DNA of 64,000 bases, from the IMG/VR virus record IMGVR_UViG_3300028377_000002. One strand, written 5' to 3'. Source of the stretch: an uncultured virus (IMG/VR IMGVR_UViG_3300028377_000002). Taxonomy: Duplodnaviria > Heunggongvirae > Uroviricota > Caudoviricetes. The position numbers were made by a program, and so were the translations under genes. The notes below the pieces were generated by a model, which was not told the origin of the DNA, ran no database searches, and was given only the letters and a program-made list of their open reading frames with translations. This document shows, piece by piece, positions 26,485 through 37,873 of the stretch (positions within the stretch are counted from its first letter, which is position 1; every line of letters begins with the position of its first letter).

Positions 26485-28967
26485 TGGCCGAGCTACCTGA
26501 TGATTTAAAAAAACGTATAGAGTTAGCTGAGGAAGCCTCAAAAAGTTTAAGCAACTATAACAAGCTTTTAAACGAAACGAGAGCTTACGAGGAGAATATT
26601 ACCCATATAAAAGAGGGTCAGCTAAAAATATATAAAGACTTAGAAAAGAATGAGGCTGAAATAACTAAGGCTGTCTCTAGTAACAACAAAGAGAAAGAGA
26701 GAGAATTAAAAAAAGAGAGGGGAAACTTAAAGAAATTACACAAGATTAATGAAGACGCAATTAATCAGGGTGAAAAAGAGTTAGATATACGTAAAAAAGC
26801 GGTAAAAGAGGTTAACCTTTTAAATATAGCTAGAGAAAAAGGATTAGATATTGGTAGGAAGATTACTAATAGTTTAATTAAACAAGGTAAACAATTCTTT
26901 GAACAACAAAAATCAGTTAAAGAAACTGAGTTGTCAATGGGATTATTATCGAATCAGGCTAACGGTTTTAGAAATAACATTTATCGTGCTTCTATTAACA
27001 CAAATCAAATTGGTGTTGATACTAAAGGATTAGCTAAAATACAAGGTGTTTATGCTGATAATGTAGGTAGAGCGGTTCAATTAAATGGTGAAGAGTTAGA
27101 GAATATGGCAGCCCTTGCTAAAGGTACTATGTTAGGTGCTGAAGGTGCCGCTGAGTTCGCTGGTCAAATGGAAAAATTCAATATATCTGCTGAAAGTAGT
27201 GTTGATTATGTTGAGGATGTTGTGAATAAGTCTAGTGAAATGGGACTTAACGCAAATAAAGTTATTAAGAATATCCAAAGTAATATTGGATTATTGAATA
27301 GGTATAATTTTAAAGAGGGTGTTAAAGGTTTAGGTAAAATGGCCGAGTTAGCAACCAAATTTAAATTTGAAATGCAAGATATTGCTAACCTAGCTGAAAA
27401 AGTAATTACACCTGAAGGTGCGGTAGAAGTTGCTGCTAGATTACAAGTATTAGGCGGTGAGTGGTCTAAATTAGGTGACCCATTTGAGTTAATGTATAGA
27501 AGTAGGAATGATTTGGCTGGACTACAGGAAGACGTTATAAACGCAACCAAAGCGACTGCTAGGTTTAATGAGACCACTGGTGAGATAATGATTGACCCTA
27601 TGGAAATGCATAGACTTAGAGAAGTTGCTAATGCCACAGGTATGAGTTTTGATTCTTTAGCCAATTCTGCTAGGGAAGCCGCTAAGTTTGACCAGATTAA
27701 GAAGGGTATGTCAAATATCTTTAAAGATGAGGATAAAGACTTTTTAGCTAGTATGGCTAAGTTTGATAAAGAAACTGGTCAATTTAAAGTTACTATGCAA
27801 ACTGAAGAAGGTGAAACTATAACTGAAAACGTTCAAGCATTAAGAAGAATAACACCTTCACTTATTCAATCTCAAAGAGATTTAAAACAATCTTTAGAAG
27901 AAAGAGCTAAACAAGCGATTACATTTGATGAGACTTTAGTTAACTTAACTAACTCTTTTAAAACACTTCTTTTCCCAGGTTTTGAAGCTTTTGCTGGTGC
28001 ATTACAAAACAGTGTTGGTGACTTCCACGACTGGGCTGTGGATAGTGGTGCAATGGATAAGTTTGCTAATTTTGCAAAAAATCTAGGTGAATTATCTGGT
28101 TCATTAGTTAAATTTATTGTCGAGAATCCTATTAAATCAGCTATTGGTCTTTTATTAGGTAAAGCCGCTATGTGGTATGCTAGAGGTTTTCAATTAGGTA
28201 AGGGTTTTAACGCTGCTACATTTGGTAGAGGTGGTGGTGGTGGAGGCATGTTTGATATGTTTAGTGGTAAAAGTGTTAAAGGTGCTGATAAGGGTGCTAA
28301 AAGTGTGGGTAGAATGGGTAAACTAGGTAAGGTAGGTAAAGGGCTTGGTAAAGCAGCTTTACCACTAGCTTTATTATCAGCTGGATATGATGCCTTTAGT
28401 AATTTTAATGATGATAGTCTAGATTCAGGAGATGCCGCTTTAAAAACCTTCGACCAGAATAAGTATATGGCCATAGGTGCTGGTATTGGTACCTTAGTCG
28501 CACCTGGTGCGGGAACAGTAGTAGGAGCTGGTATTGGTGGTTTAGCTGATTTCGGTTCTGGATTCCTTAAAGATGATGGTTTGTGGTTTGACTATGGTGG
28601 TGGTAATCAAAAACCTAAAATGTTTAATGATTTTATTGCTAGACCAGGTGAAAACCCAATTAATTTTAGTCCAAAAGATACCGTTGTAGGTGCTAAAAAG
28701 GGTGGTCCAATTGATAGAATGATTGAACAAACTACTACAAATAACACTACTAACGTCAGTAATAGTGGAGCAAGTAAAGTTTCTGTTGAATTTAAAGACT
28801 CTATTAAGATTGAAGGTTCTATTGATGTAAATTCATCTTCTGATTCTGCTAAAATAGACTTGGATGACCCTATTTTAATGAGGAATTTGAGTAAGATGAT
28901 AATGGAAGAATTAAGTAAAGCAATTAGTGGTGGTAAAATAGGTTCTAATCCAGTTTCAATATCTTAA
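26484..28967 (+). CDS. Tape measure protein
   Basis: Long helical Ala-rich coiled coil, Gly-rich hydrophobic C-part (AIGAGIGTLVAPGAGTVVGAGIGG), NDFIARPG...DTVVGAKKGG motif; follows chaperone. Confidence 0.8.
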   Translation: MAELPDDLKKRIELAEEASKSLSNYNKLLNETRAYEENITHIKEGQLKIYKDLEKNEAEITKAVSSNNKEKERELKKERGNLKKLHKINEDAINQGEKELDIRKKAVKEVNLLNIAREKGLDIGRKITNSLIKQGKQFFEQQKSVKETELSMGLLSNQANGFRNNIYRASINTNQIGVDTKGLAKIQGVYADNVGRAVQLNGEELENMAALAKGTMLGAEGAAEFAGQMEKFNISAESSVDYVEDVVNKSSEMGLNANKVIKNIQSNIGLLNRYNFKEGVKGLGKMAELATKFKFEMQDIANLAEKVITPEGAVEVAARLQVLGGEWSKLGDPFELMYRSRNDLAGLQEDVINATKATARFNETTGEIMIDPMEMHRLREVANATGMSFDSLANSAREAAKFDQIKKGMSNIFKDEDKDFLASMAKFDKETGQFKVTMQTEEGETITENVQALRRITPSLIQSQRDLKQSLEERAKQAITFDETLVNLTNSFKTLLFPGFEAFAGALQNSVGDFHDWAVDSGAMDKFANFAKNLGELSGSLVKFIVENPIKSAIGLLLGKAAMWYARGFQLGKGFNAATFGRGGGGGGMFDMFSGKSVKGADKGAKSVGRMGKLGKVGKGLGKAALPLALLSAGYDAFSNFNDDSLDSGDAALKTFDQNKYMAIGAGIGTLVAPGAGTVVGAGIGGLADFGSGFLKDDGLWFDYGGGNQKPKMFNDFIARPGENPINFSPKDTVVGAKKGGPIDRMIEQTTTNNTTNVSNSGASKVSVEFKDSIKIEGSIDVNSSSDSAKIDLDDPILMRNLSKMIMEELSKAISGGKIGSNPVSIS

Positions 28968-29050
28968 AATTATTCGGTTGAAGTTATTTAAAATCAGGTA
29001 CTTATAAATTATTTTAAAAATATTTACAATTTTACTTGTTTTTATAAATG

Positions 29051-29144
29051 AATTTACCTTTATTATATATTACCTATATTATAATAATAATTACTATTAT
29101 ATATACTATATTATATATTATATACTATATTATATACTAATATT
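29051..29144. repeat. G-free AT-rich tract with direct repeats (candidate origin/unwinding element)
   Basis: No G on + strand for ~94 nt; TATACTATATTATAT at 29102 and 29121. Confidence 0.4.
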
Positions 29145-29220
29145 GCGTAAACCTAAAATTAGAACTATTTCAACCGAAAAAACAAATCAAATTATATTTA
29201 TTAGTAAATAGAATTACAAC

Positions 29221-32200
29221 ATGGCCAGTAATATAAACGAATTATCTCCAGAAATTAGAGATTTTCTACTAAATAGAAACTTAATACCTTCAGACACTGT
29301 TACTGATAATGGTTATAGTGCTACTGGTTTGGGTACTCAAGCTAATATTACTAGTTCATCTAATTCAGTAAACCCTTCAATAGACATTGAAGATTCTTCA
29401 AACGATTTTAGAGCTTCAGTTGTAAGTAGAAATAGATATACTTCAATCGAAGATATGGTATCCGCTAACATAATTAATAATTCTTTTAGTTATAATCAAA
29501 TAGATGGTGGTTATATTGATGAAAATAGAAATTTAAATTTAGAAGGTCGTTCAAACGATGGTCTAGACGTAATAACAAGTATTACATCTCAAGAAGGGTT
29601 TGGATTAGGTTCAGATGGATTCTTCCCACAAAACAGTGTTAATACATCAATAACTGGTAGAGTTTTAGGTGGTGTAGGCGCAATAAACGATACTAAACTA
29701 GGTATTATTGCTGGTGAGCAGTTATTGTTAGCTTTAGGTCAAAAAGCTTCATTTAACGCACAAAAAGAATTATTAGGGAAAGTAAACCTTCAACCATTCA
29801 GTTTACTAAGAGGTGGAGATTTTTTAAATCCAGATTACTCGATAACAGTAAGTAGCTCAACTGGTGGCCGTGTATTAGACACAGCACTCGATTTAACGGG
29901 TTTTCAGCTACCCATTTCACAAATAGATAGTGAGGGGTCAATTTTCGAAGAAACACCCTTAAACAAGACGAATTCGATTGAGAGAAACAACGCTTTAATT
30001 AGAAACACTGGTAGAGGTCAAATTCTTAGATTATTTGAAAGTTTAAATCAAAACCAATACAGCCCCGAATATGAAAGTGACAGGAATGATAAAGGTGTAA
30101 CAGACCCTAATCAATACACTAAACCAACTGACCCTAGTTTAAGTCAATTGTCATTTAACAACACACCTCTTGGGTCTATACCAAGTAGTTCCCAATCAGT
30201 AGAGTCTAATGGTTCAAGTGATATATGGAGTCCAGATGTTACTTTTAGTGATGATAATTCTATTTTATCAAAGACAAAGAATTTATTCAGTAAAGATAAC
30301 TTCAGATTATATAATAGCACATTTAATGAACAAGGTGTAGAAAATCTTAATAAGAAAGACCAATTAACAACACCTTCAGGTGGTAGGTTATCTAAAGGTA
30401 GTGGTGTGTTGAGTGAAGATTTCTTATTGAATACCGATAAAGAATTTGTTTTCTGTAGAACTTGGAGTTCAACTAAACAATATTCAACTGTAAATGATTT
30501 ACAAAAAAATAGTGGTTTAAAAGATAATCCTAGAAGGATTAGAGATGGTATTGAAGATTCAGTGTTAGGTGACAATGGGTTTGTTAAAATATCTCCATAT
30601 AGCAATGTACCTTCTGACGACACTGAAGACGTCAAAAAATATATGTTCTCGATAGAAAATTTAGCTTGGGCTAATAATTTATCAAAAATATCCAACTTTG
30701 AAACTGGTTCAGGTGACCCTATAACTGGGACCAAAGGTAGAATAATGTGGTTTCCACCTTATGATATTAATTTTAATGAATCTAGCTCAGTAAATTGGGA
30801 TTCAACTAATTTCATAGGTAGAGGGGAACCAATATACACTTATAACAACACTGAAAGAATTGGTCAATTAAGTTTTAAAGTAATTATTGACCACCCAGAT
30901 TACTTAAATGATAATAATTTAAGCTCGGATGAAATAATCAGTAGTATAATGGCTGGGTGTTCGGACTACGAAAATTTTTTATCAGCTGAAGAATATGGTG
31001 AAATACAAAAAGTTAGCAATGCTGAAGCTCCAGTAAGTGAAACAGTAGAGGCAAGTGCTGTTCAAGAACCAGACGATATTAATTTTTATTTCGCTAATGA
31101 TGTTGCCTCACTTAAGAAATACCCTAATTACGAGGTTGGTGGTGAAGTACAACCTAACCCTACAATTCCAGATAGCGGTTATAATTCTGAAACAACTGAT
31201 AGTTATGAGAATAATACTAATTCTGGTTTAAATTATTTTTGGAATAATGAAAGTAACATCCAAAACATAAAAGACTTTTTAAATAACAATGAAGGATTCA
31301 GAATCGATTTAATTGGTTACTCTAGTTTAGCTGGTAATAGTGAGGATAATCAAAATTTAAGTAGCGATAGGATAGATAGTATTAAGACTTGGATAAGAGA
31401 AAACTTAGGAAAAAACGTAAAGGTATTAGAAGGAAAACCTAGAGGTAGTAGCGATTCTAATGCTACTGGTGAAGTTGACTCTGAAAGTGTTAAAAGAGAT
31501 AGAAAAGTAACGTTAGAATTTCAATACGATGGAAGTTTAGATTCTAAAAATACTGAAAACGCTGAAACAGAGAAAGAAGTAAGGTATGATAAAGAATTTG
31601 TAAGTAAAATTAAAAGAAGATTTCATAAAGAATCTGAATATTTTGAAAGACTAGAGAAGAGTGAAGCTAATAGCGATAAAATAATATATGATTCAATTCG
31701 TGAGAAAATCAAATTCTTTCAACCAGCTTTCCATTCCACAACACCAGAAGGCTTTAACTCTAGATTAACATTTTTACAACAATGTACAAGGCAAGGCCCT
31801 ACTAATGATGATAATAGAGCTAATAATTTAGCATTTGGTGCACCACCAATTTGTATATTAAGAATAGGTGATTTTTATAATACCAAAATTGTAATAGATA
31901 ATGTTAGTTTTGACTTTCAACCACTTGTATGGGATTTAAACCCTGAAGGTGTAGGTGTTCAACCTATGATAGCCAAAGTTTCGCTAAGCTTTAAATTTAT
32001 CGGTGGTAGTTCTTTAAAAGGCCCTATTAATAAATTACAAAATGCAGTATCATTTAATTATTTTGGTAATACTGAGGTATACGACCCAAGAGCTGATAGA
32101 TATGTTAGAGGTGAAGATGGGTTAACATTAAGTAGTGGTATAGAAGATTTAAAAACAGTCTTGAGTGAAGATAATAACCCAATAACTAAAGAAGGTAATA

Positions 32201-32688
32201 ATAGTTTAGTTAATGACCAAGAAGCCGTAGCAGAAAAGCAGGCATCTAAACAGACAGTTGAACCCTCAGCTACAAACCCTAGAAATCAGATTAAAAATCT
32301 AAATCTAGTAGGGTATAATTATAATTCTTCTACTACTGAATTATACCTAGAGTTTCAGTATAAAAATAACCCTAGTAATATAATTGAATTGAATAAAAAT
32401 TTAACGGGTAATATAACATTAGTGAACTCAAATAACCTATTAGATGTTGTCAATGTGGGAAGTGTTACAGCCAAACCTGACAGTCAAGGTAGTTTTATTA
32501 TTGAAAACTCAGATGGTTCTTCTCAAAGTACTATAAATTCATCTACCACTAGCTTTAGTGTCGGTATTAATTTAATTAATGTAAAAGATTTCATTACTTT
32601 ATTTGAGACCTTAACATCAGACGGTAATAAAGGTGTTTTCAAAATAAGATGGCCCGAAATAAACTTACCAAATACAGTAAATTTATAA
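29221..32688 (+). CDS. Baseplate/tube-initiator-like protein with inserted OmpA-like domain
   Basis: WFPPYDINFNESSSVNWDSTNFIGRGEPIYTYNNTERIGQLSF and GAPPICILRIGDFYNTKIVI...WDLN flank INFYFAND...LIGYSS...NQNLSSDRIDSI...DRKVTL. Confidence 0.6.
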   Translation: MASNINELSPEIRDFLLNRNLIPSDTVTDNGYSATGLGTQANITSSSNSVNPSIDIEDSSNDFRASVVSRNRYTSIEDMVSANIINNSFSYNQIDGGYIDENRNLNLEGRSNDGLDVITSITSQEGFGLGSDGFFPQNSVNTSITGRVLGGVGAINDTKLGIIAGEQLLLALGQKASFNAQKELLGKVNLQPFSLLRGGDFLNPDYSITVSSSTGGRVLDTALDLTGFQLPISQIDSEGSIFEETPLNKTNSIERNNALIRNTGRGQILRLFESLNQNQYSPEYESDRNDKGVTDPNQYTKPTDPSLSQLSFNNTPLGSIPSSSQSVESNGSSDIWSPDVTFSDDNSILSKTKNLFSKDNFRLYNSTFNEQGVENLNKKDQLTTPSGGRLSKGSGVLSEDFLLNTDKEFVFCRTWSSTKQYSTVNDLQKNSGLKDNPRRIRDGIEDSVLGDNGFVKISPYSNVPSDDTEDVKKYMFSIENLAWANNLSKISNFETGSGDPITGTKGRIMWFPPYDINFNESSSVNWDSTNFIGRGEPIYTYNNTERIGQLSFKVIIDHPDYLNDNNLSSDEIISSIMAGCSDYENFLSAEEYGEIQKVSNAEAPVSETVEASAVQEPDDINFYFANDVASLKKYPNYEVGGEVQPNPTIPDSGYNSETTDSYENNTNSGLNYFWNNESNIQNIKDFLNNNEGFRIDLIGYSSLAGNSEDNQNLSSDRIDSIKTWIRENLGKNVKVLEGKPRGSSDSNATGEVDSESVKRDRKVTLEFQYDGSLDSKNTENAETEKEVRYDKEFVSKIKRRFHKESEYFERLEKSEANSDKIIYDSIREKIKFFQPAFHSTTPEGFNSRLTFLQQCTRQGPTNDDNRANNLAFGAPPICILRIGDFYNTKIVIDNVSFDFQPLVWDLNPEGVGVQPMIAKVSLSFKFIGGSSLKGPINKLQNAVSFNYFGNTEVYDPRADRYVRGEDGLTLSSGIEDLKTVLSEDNNPITKEGNNSLVNDQEAVAEKQASKQTVEPSATNPRNQIKNLNLVGYNYNSSTTELYLEFQYKNNPSNIIELNKNLTGNITLVNSNNLLDVVNVGSVTAKPDSQGSFIIENSDGSSQSTINSSTTSFSVGINLINVKDFITLFETLTSDGNKGVFKIRWPEINLPNTVNL

Positions 32689-32691
32689 ATT

Positions 32692-33012
32692 ATGGCACAA
32701 CAATATTTAGATAGATACGACAGATTTAGAAGTGATGATAACTTTAAGTCAGTACCTGGTATTCCTATACCAGAAAAAAACACTGATAAATACTTGACTT
32801 ATAAGGTAGGTAGCACTAGGTTTGATATACTGAGTCAAAAATATTATAACTCACCATATTACGGGTGGTTAATAATGTTAGCTAATCCAGAATTCGGTGG
32901 TATGGAATTTAATATTCCTAATAACAAAACTATAAGAGTACCGTTTCCTTTAAAAACCTCAGTAAACGATTATTTAAGTGAAGTAGATAAATATTTTAGA
33001 TTATATGGCTAA
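32692..33012 (+). CDS. Baseplate wedge protein, LysM/gp53-like
   Basis: TRFDILSQKYYNSPYYGWLIMLANP...IRVP. Confidence 0.75.
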   Translation: MAQQYLDRYDRFRSDDNFKSVPGIPIPEKNTDKYLTYKVGSTRFDILSQKYYNSPYYGWLIMLANPEFGGMEFNIPNNKTIRVPFPLKTSVNDYLSEVDKYFRLYG

Positions 33013-36000
33013 TGATATTTCAGGTTCTAATGCCAAAAGTGTTGAATTCCAAAATTTATTGATTGTAGACCCAAATCCTTGTGGTTCTGAATCAGTGAAC
33101 GTTGAAGATTTATCTATTTCAGTAGAGTTAGAAGTCTTTAGAAGAAGTAACGAAATTTTAATATTCAATGAATCTGAAGACACAACAACTCAAGTATCAA
33201 GTGATAATAGTGAAACAACTAGAATTAGTTTTATTGACGGTTCAGAGGAAAACGATAAAACACTAACTACTAGATACACCGAATTAAACTCAACTTTTAA
33301 CAAAGAAAATCCAGACTTAGGTACCTTAGGTATTGAATCAATTGATATTAATTTTAATACCTCATATACACCAATAGTTAAAATAAAATTTAAAGATATA
33401 AGGGGTAAATTATTTGAAATGGGTGAGAACTCACCATATAGTTTCTTATTTAGAATGCCTTACCCTATTTTTTATTTAACAGTAAAAGGTTATTATGGTA
33501 AACCAGTTAAATATGCATTACACCTAACTAAATTTAATGGTGAGTTAGATGCAGAAACTGGTAGTTTCATAATTAATTGTGACTTTATCGGTTATACTTA
33601 CGCATTTTTAAGTGACCTTCTTATGGGTTATTTAAGGGCCGTTCCGTACATGCCTGAAGCTAGACCATTACCAGAAGGTTTTACGACTTTTGAGCAACTA
33701 CAAAAGAGTATTAAGGAGTTAGAAAAGTTTATACTCAACTTCAAGAAAAATGATGATAGATTAAGAGCGCTAACTGTTTATGATGATTTGAATAGTAAAT
33801 TAGAAGGCATATTGGGTGAGCTTAAAAATTCACTAAATTATTCTGAAGATTTAATAAAATTACAAAACAACTCAAACAATTCAAACCTTATTGTATATAA
33901 ACCGTTCACAGGTGACTTTGGTGATGAACTCACTAACACTTACAATAATGTTTTAGAGTTAGTTGAGAAATATAATTCATTTACCAAGAGTAGTGGTGCT
34001 GAATCATATTCATTGAATAAAGATAAGTTCGAACTGAATGGTGGAGGTGTTTACTATAAAAGATTTAGGGTAACTCACTTTCTAAATAGAAACTTTGGTA
34101 GTGGTAACGCTAATACATTTTTAACTTACTCAGAATTTTTAAATAATCCTACCGAAATATTGGATTTATATGGTAACTTTAAAAGGGTTGAAGAAACTGA
34201 GGATGAGAACATAGGTGGTAGTGTAACAGAAGTTTTATATAATAATTTCATTAATCAATTAAGGAATAGACCATTTGTTGATGAAAATAATATACCAACA
34301 TCAAATAGATATGATATAATTGACCTTAGATTCGCCATTCAAGAAATTAACAATATAAAAAATAGAATAAACGGTCAATTAGAAGAAAAAACAAATGAAG
34401 TTACTAATGAATTTGCTGGTAGTTTAACTCAATTTTTTGATAATCAAAGTATCGACTTTAACGGGTCCATAGGCTCATTTTTTAGAATCTTATGTGAACA
34501 TGTAGATTTATTTATTAAAGTAATTAGGAACTTAGGTACTGAAATAACAAAAGAAGTTAATAACGGCACTAGGACAATAGAAGGGACTAATAAAGAAAAC
34601 TTTTCAGAATTCGATAATTTTGATAACTCACCTACTATAAAAATTAAACCATTCCCTGAATATGTAGAAAAAGAAGGGGATGACTTAGTAGAAAAGTGGT
34701 TAGGTTCTAACCCTAAATTTGATGATTTTAGAGAAGTTAGGTTTATTGATAATCTATTTAACGCCATACTAAAGGCCGATAAAATAGATGAACAAGTATT
34801 AGACGGCAGTGAAACACTAAATAAAAACTGGGTACCTGTAAATCCATTAGAAACCAAAGCTTTTAATCGAAGTAACGTAAATCCTTGGAAGGGTATTAGT
34901 GAACTTAAGAAAGATGAAGTAACTAAATTATTATATCAAAGAATGATGATTTTCTTAGGATATAGTAATAAAACACTAACGAATGAACAAATAAATACAA
35001 TGGCCAAAATAGAGGCCAACCAAGCGTATAATGCACTAGAAAATCCAAGTGTTAAACTAACATTTATAAAACATGAAGCAAACACTGAAACTATTGGTAA
35101 TAAACTAAGTAACTTTAGAGACGTTCTGGAGGATAAATATGGAATAAGATTATTTAGTGATGAAGCTGACTTTTTTGGTCTGTTTGGTGATGATGATAGA
35201 TTCGTTTATAGACATGATTTAAAATATAAAAATCTTAATATAGAAGATATTGATATTGAAGACGCCGAACCTACATATCTTCCAATAAATCAACCACAAT
35301 CAGAGCTTAAAAGTGGTGTTAATTCGCTAAATGTTACTGATAATAGGGAGTTAGCCGAATATACTTTTATCAGTTCGGCGGTTTCAGGTGAAGCTGAATA
35401 TGAAACATTCATTAAGATTATTAACAACAATGAATATAGCAATTCATTCGTCTACGATTCGTATGTACCAGCTGGTGGTGAATCTATTGTAAAATCATTT
35501 AATTTAACTAGGGAAAGTCTTGAATATAACACGAATGATGTTAACATTAAAGAGTATAATAATTTTCTAGGTGGTATTTATAAAACCCATGAATTCTTAA
35601 GTTATGAGAATAAAAAGGTAGGTTCATTACCACTTTACTATGAGTTTTATGAAAGCGGTATTGATGTTTTAAAATCATTTAGAAATACTAATGAAGATAG
35701 TCAATACGATACTTTCATTGAAAATAATGATGGTTTTAGGTATAATACTCAAGTTAAAAATATAAATAGAAGTGAAATAAATAGTTTAAATTCAGTTTAT
35801 CCAATAACAACGTTTAAAGAAAAACTATTATCAAATGTAAAAGAGAATTTTATATTGAATAGAAGTTTTAAATTTGAACCTACTTTTAAAAGTAACAGTA
35901 AGAGTTATAATTTATTTGGTAGTAAACTTTATTATGAACAAAGCAATATCGGTAAGGCTTACTTATTTTTACATACACTACCCTTCGTTGGTTTAGGTGG

Positions 36001-37873
36001 TAAAGAAGATGCATATATAAAAGGATTATTGGTTAAAAAAGACCTTACATTCTTCAATAACAGTAGTGGTTTCGTTTCAGTACCATACGCTTGGATTTTA
36101 TTTTTAGGTGCTATTTTGTATAGGAATGAAGTTAAAGAAGATATTATAAGTTTAGATGGTAATGTACCTAATTTTGATGGTAATCCACAAGTTGAAAAAA
36201 ATAGGTACTTAATATCTGGTTTATATTCCAGAAATTTAGAATTTAAAGACAATGGTACTGGTTTCGAAAGTGTTAATGATGTAATTTTAAATTTACCAAG
36301 TAGTGTTAAAGACCAATTCATTAATCAATTCACTCAGTGGGTTGACAATCCAAACGGGTGGATTCAGATAAAAGACTCAATGGAAATATTTAAAGATACG
36401 GCCAGTGAATCTGAAATAAATTCAGTTTGGAGTAACTTTAACAACTTTATCCCTTCCTATAGAAACTCTAGTATTATAAAAAGTAATGTGGCTGAAAACT
36501 ATTATGTGATATCGCCTGATGACGAGGAAAATAATTTCATTTTAGATATAAGAGATGATAGTGATGCCTCTAACAAAGTTATAGACTTTATGTTAGATAA
36601 TAGAATAATAGTAAACAGTACTCATAGAATATGGCAAGGTTCTGAAAATACACATGAAAATATTTCGGCACCTAGTGAATACATTGAAACGTATTTAAAT
36701 TCATTCCTTAAAGAATTTAGTAGATTAAATAAACCTACATTGAACAATGAGACTGATAATTCGAAGGAAAGGATTTTTAAAACAAATAACGAAGATGACA
36801 TTAAACTAAGTATATATAAGAATATAAAATCTATTTACGATAAATGGATTGTAGGTATACCACAAGATAAGGAATCTACGGTCGTTAGCGATTTATATAA
36901 AAGATTTAACTTCATTGATAGGTCGTATACTGATATATCTGATAAGTTTAAAATTGCACCAACAACATTTGTAGATTTTTGGAAAAATAACACTAACATT
37001 AGTTTTTACAATTTTATAGCTAGAATACTTAAAGACAATAATTTTGACTTTATACCGTTACCGACGTATATAGATTACTCATCACCTAAAGATGTGAGAG
37101 ATATATTTACACCATTTAGGTTTAATGAAGAAGTGGGTGCGAAAGGACCTCAATTTATTTGCATGTATTTTGGTGAACAATCTAGTCAACTAAACATAGA
37201 CGAAAAAAGTAAATTTAAGAAAAATGATAGTTTTGCTATGGACGTTAAGTGTAATGGAGATGACATTAATGTAAATGACGGTAGTTCATTACCTTCAGAC
37301 TTTTCTAGTGGTACTACGAAAATACCATACGTATTAGTTAATTATTCAGACCAGAATCAGTCAGTGTTTAAAAACTACAAATTAAATCAAAACGAATTTG
37401 TCGAAACTCAGGAAAGTTTAGAGATAATAGACGGACTATCTAATCAAAATAGGAATAATTCAATAGGTCAAAATTTATTTGATGTTTATAACAATAGGTC
37501 ATATTCAGCCGAAATAGAAATGTTAGGCTGTGCCCAAGTTCAACCTTTCATGTACTTTCAACTAAATAATATACCAATGTTTGATGGGGCGTATACTATT
37601 ATTAATACAAGTCATAGTATTAAACCTAATCATATGACAACCACTTTTAAAGGTGTGAGAATACGCTCGGTTAAAACTAAAATGATTGATGATGAAACCC
37701 TATATTCACACTTAATAACAAATTTAGACGAAGTTAATAGAGAAAATCGTGACTTATCTAAACTAGAAAGAAGTGATTTAAATACTGATTTTGAAAATGA
37801 AATAATAAAAGCTAGTAGTGTTGTAAATAATGTTAATTTACAACTATTACAAGGTATAGTAATAGAAGAATAA
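33005..37873 (+). CDS. Large baseplate hub protein (gp27/VgrG-like ends, long insert)
   Basis: N-part LGIESIDI...FYLTVKGYYG; C-part SYSAEIEMLGCAQVQPFMYFQL...GAYTIINTSHSI...TTFKGVR. Confidence 0.55.
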   Translation: MANDISGSNAKSVEFQNLLIVDPNPCGSESVNVEDLSISVELEVFRRSNEILIFNESEDTTTQVSSDNSETTRISFIDGSEENDKTLTTRYTELNSTFNKENPDLGTLGIESIDINFNTSYTPIVKIKFKDIRGKLFEMGENSPYSFLFRMPYPIFYLTVKGYYGKPVKYALHLTKFNGELDAETGSFIINCDFIGYTYAFLSDLLMGYLRAVPYMPEARPLPEGFTTFEQLQKSIKELEKFILNFKKNDDRLRALTVYDDLNSKLEGILGELKNSLNYSEDLIKLQNNSNNSNLIVYKPFTGDFGDELTNTYNNVLELVEKYNSFTKSSGAESYSLNKDKFELNGGGVYYKRFRVTHFLNRNFGSGNANTFLTYSEFLNNPTEILDLYGNFKRVEETEDENIGGSVTEVLYNNFINQLRNRPFVDENNIPTSNRYDIIDLRFAIQEINNIKNRINGQLEEKTNEVTNEFAGSLTQFFDNQSIDFNGSIGSFFRILCEHVDLFIKVIRNLGTEITKEVNNGTRTIEGTNKENFSEFDNFDNSPTIKIKPFPEYVEKEGDDLVEKWLGSNPKFDDFREVRFIDNLFNAILKADKIDEQVLDGSETLNKNWVPVNPLETKAFNRSNVNPWKGISELKKDEVTKLLYQRMMIFLGYSNKTLTNEQINTMAKIEANQAYNALENPSVKLTFIKHEANTETIGNKLSNFRDVLEDKYGIRLFSDEADFFGLFGDDDRFVYRHDLKYKNLNIEDIDIEDAEPTYLPINQPQSELKSGVNSLNVTDNRELAEYTFISSAVSGEAEYETFIKIINNNEYSNSFVYDSYVPAGGESIVKSFNLTRESLEYNTNDVNIKEYNNFLGGIYKTHEFLSYENKKVGSLPLYYEFYESGIDVLKSFRNTNEDSQYDTFIENNDGFRYNTQVKNINRSEINSLNSVYPITTFKEKLLSNVKENFILNRSFKFEPTFKSNSKSYNLFGSKLYYEQSNIGKAYLFLHTLPFVGLGGKEDAYIKGLLVKKDLTFFNNSSGFVSVPYAWILFLGAILYRNEVKEDIISLDGNVPNFDGNPQVEKNRYLISGLYSRNLEFKDNGTGFESVNDVILNLPSSVKDQFINQFTQWVDNPNGWIQIKDSMEIFKDTASESEINSVWSNFNNFIPSYRNSSIIKSNVAENYYVISPDDEENNFILDIRDDSDASNKVIDFMLDNRIIVNSTHRIWQGSENTHENISAPSEYIETYLNSFLKEFSRLNKPTLNNETDNSKERIFKTNNEDDIKLSIYKNIKSIYDKWIVGIPQDKESTVVSDLYKRFNFIDRSYTDISDKFKIAPTTFVDFWKNNTNISFYNFIARILKDNNFDFIPLPTYIDYSSPKDVRDIFTPFRFNEEVGAKGPQFICMYFGEQSSQLNIDEKSKFKKNDSFAMDVKCNGDDINVNDGSSLPSDFSSGTTKIPYVLVNYSDQNQSVFKNYKLNQNEFVETQESLEIIDGLSNQNRNNSIGQNLFDVYNNRSYSAEIEMLGCAQVQPFMYFQLNNIPMFDGAYTIINTSHSIKPNHMTTTFKGVRIRSVKTKMIDDETLYSHLITNLDEVNRENRDLSKLERSDLNTDFENEIIKASSVVNNVNLQLLQGIVIEE

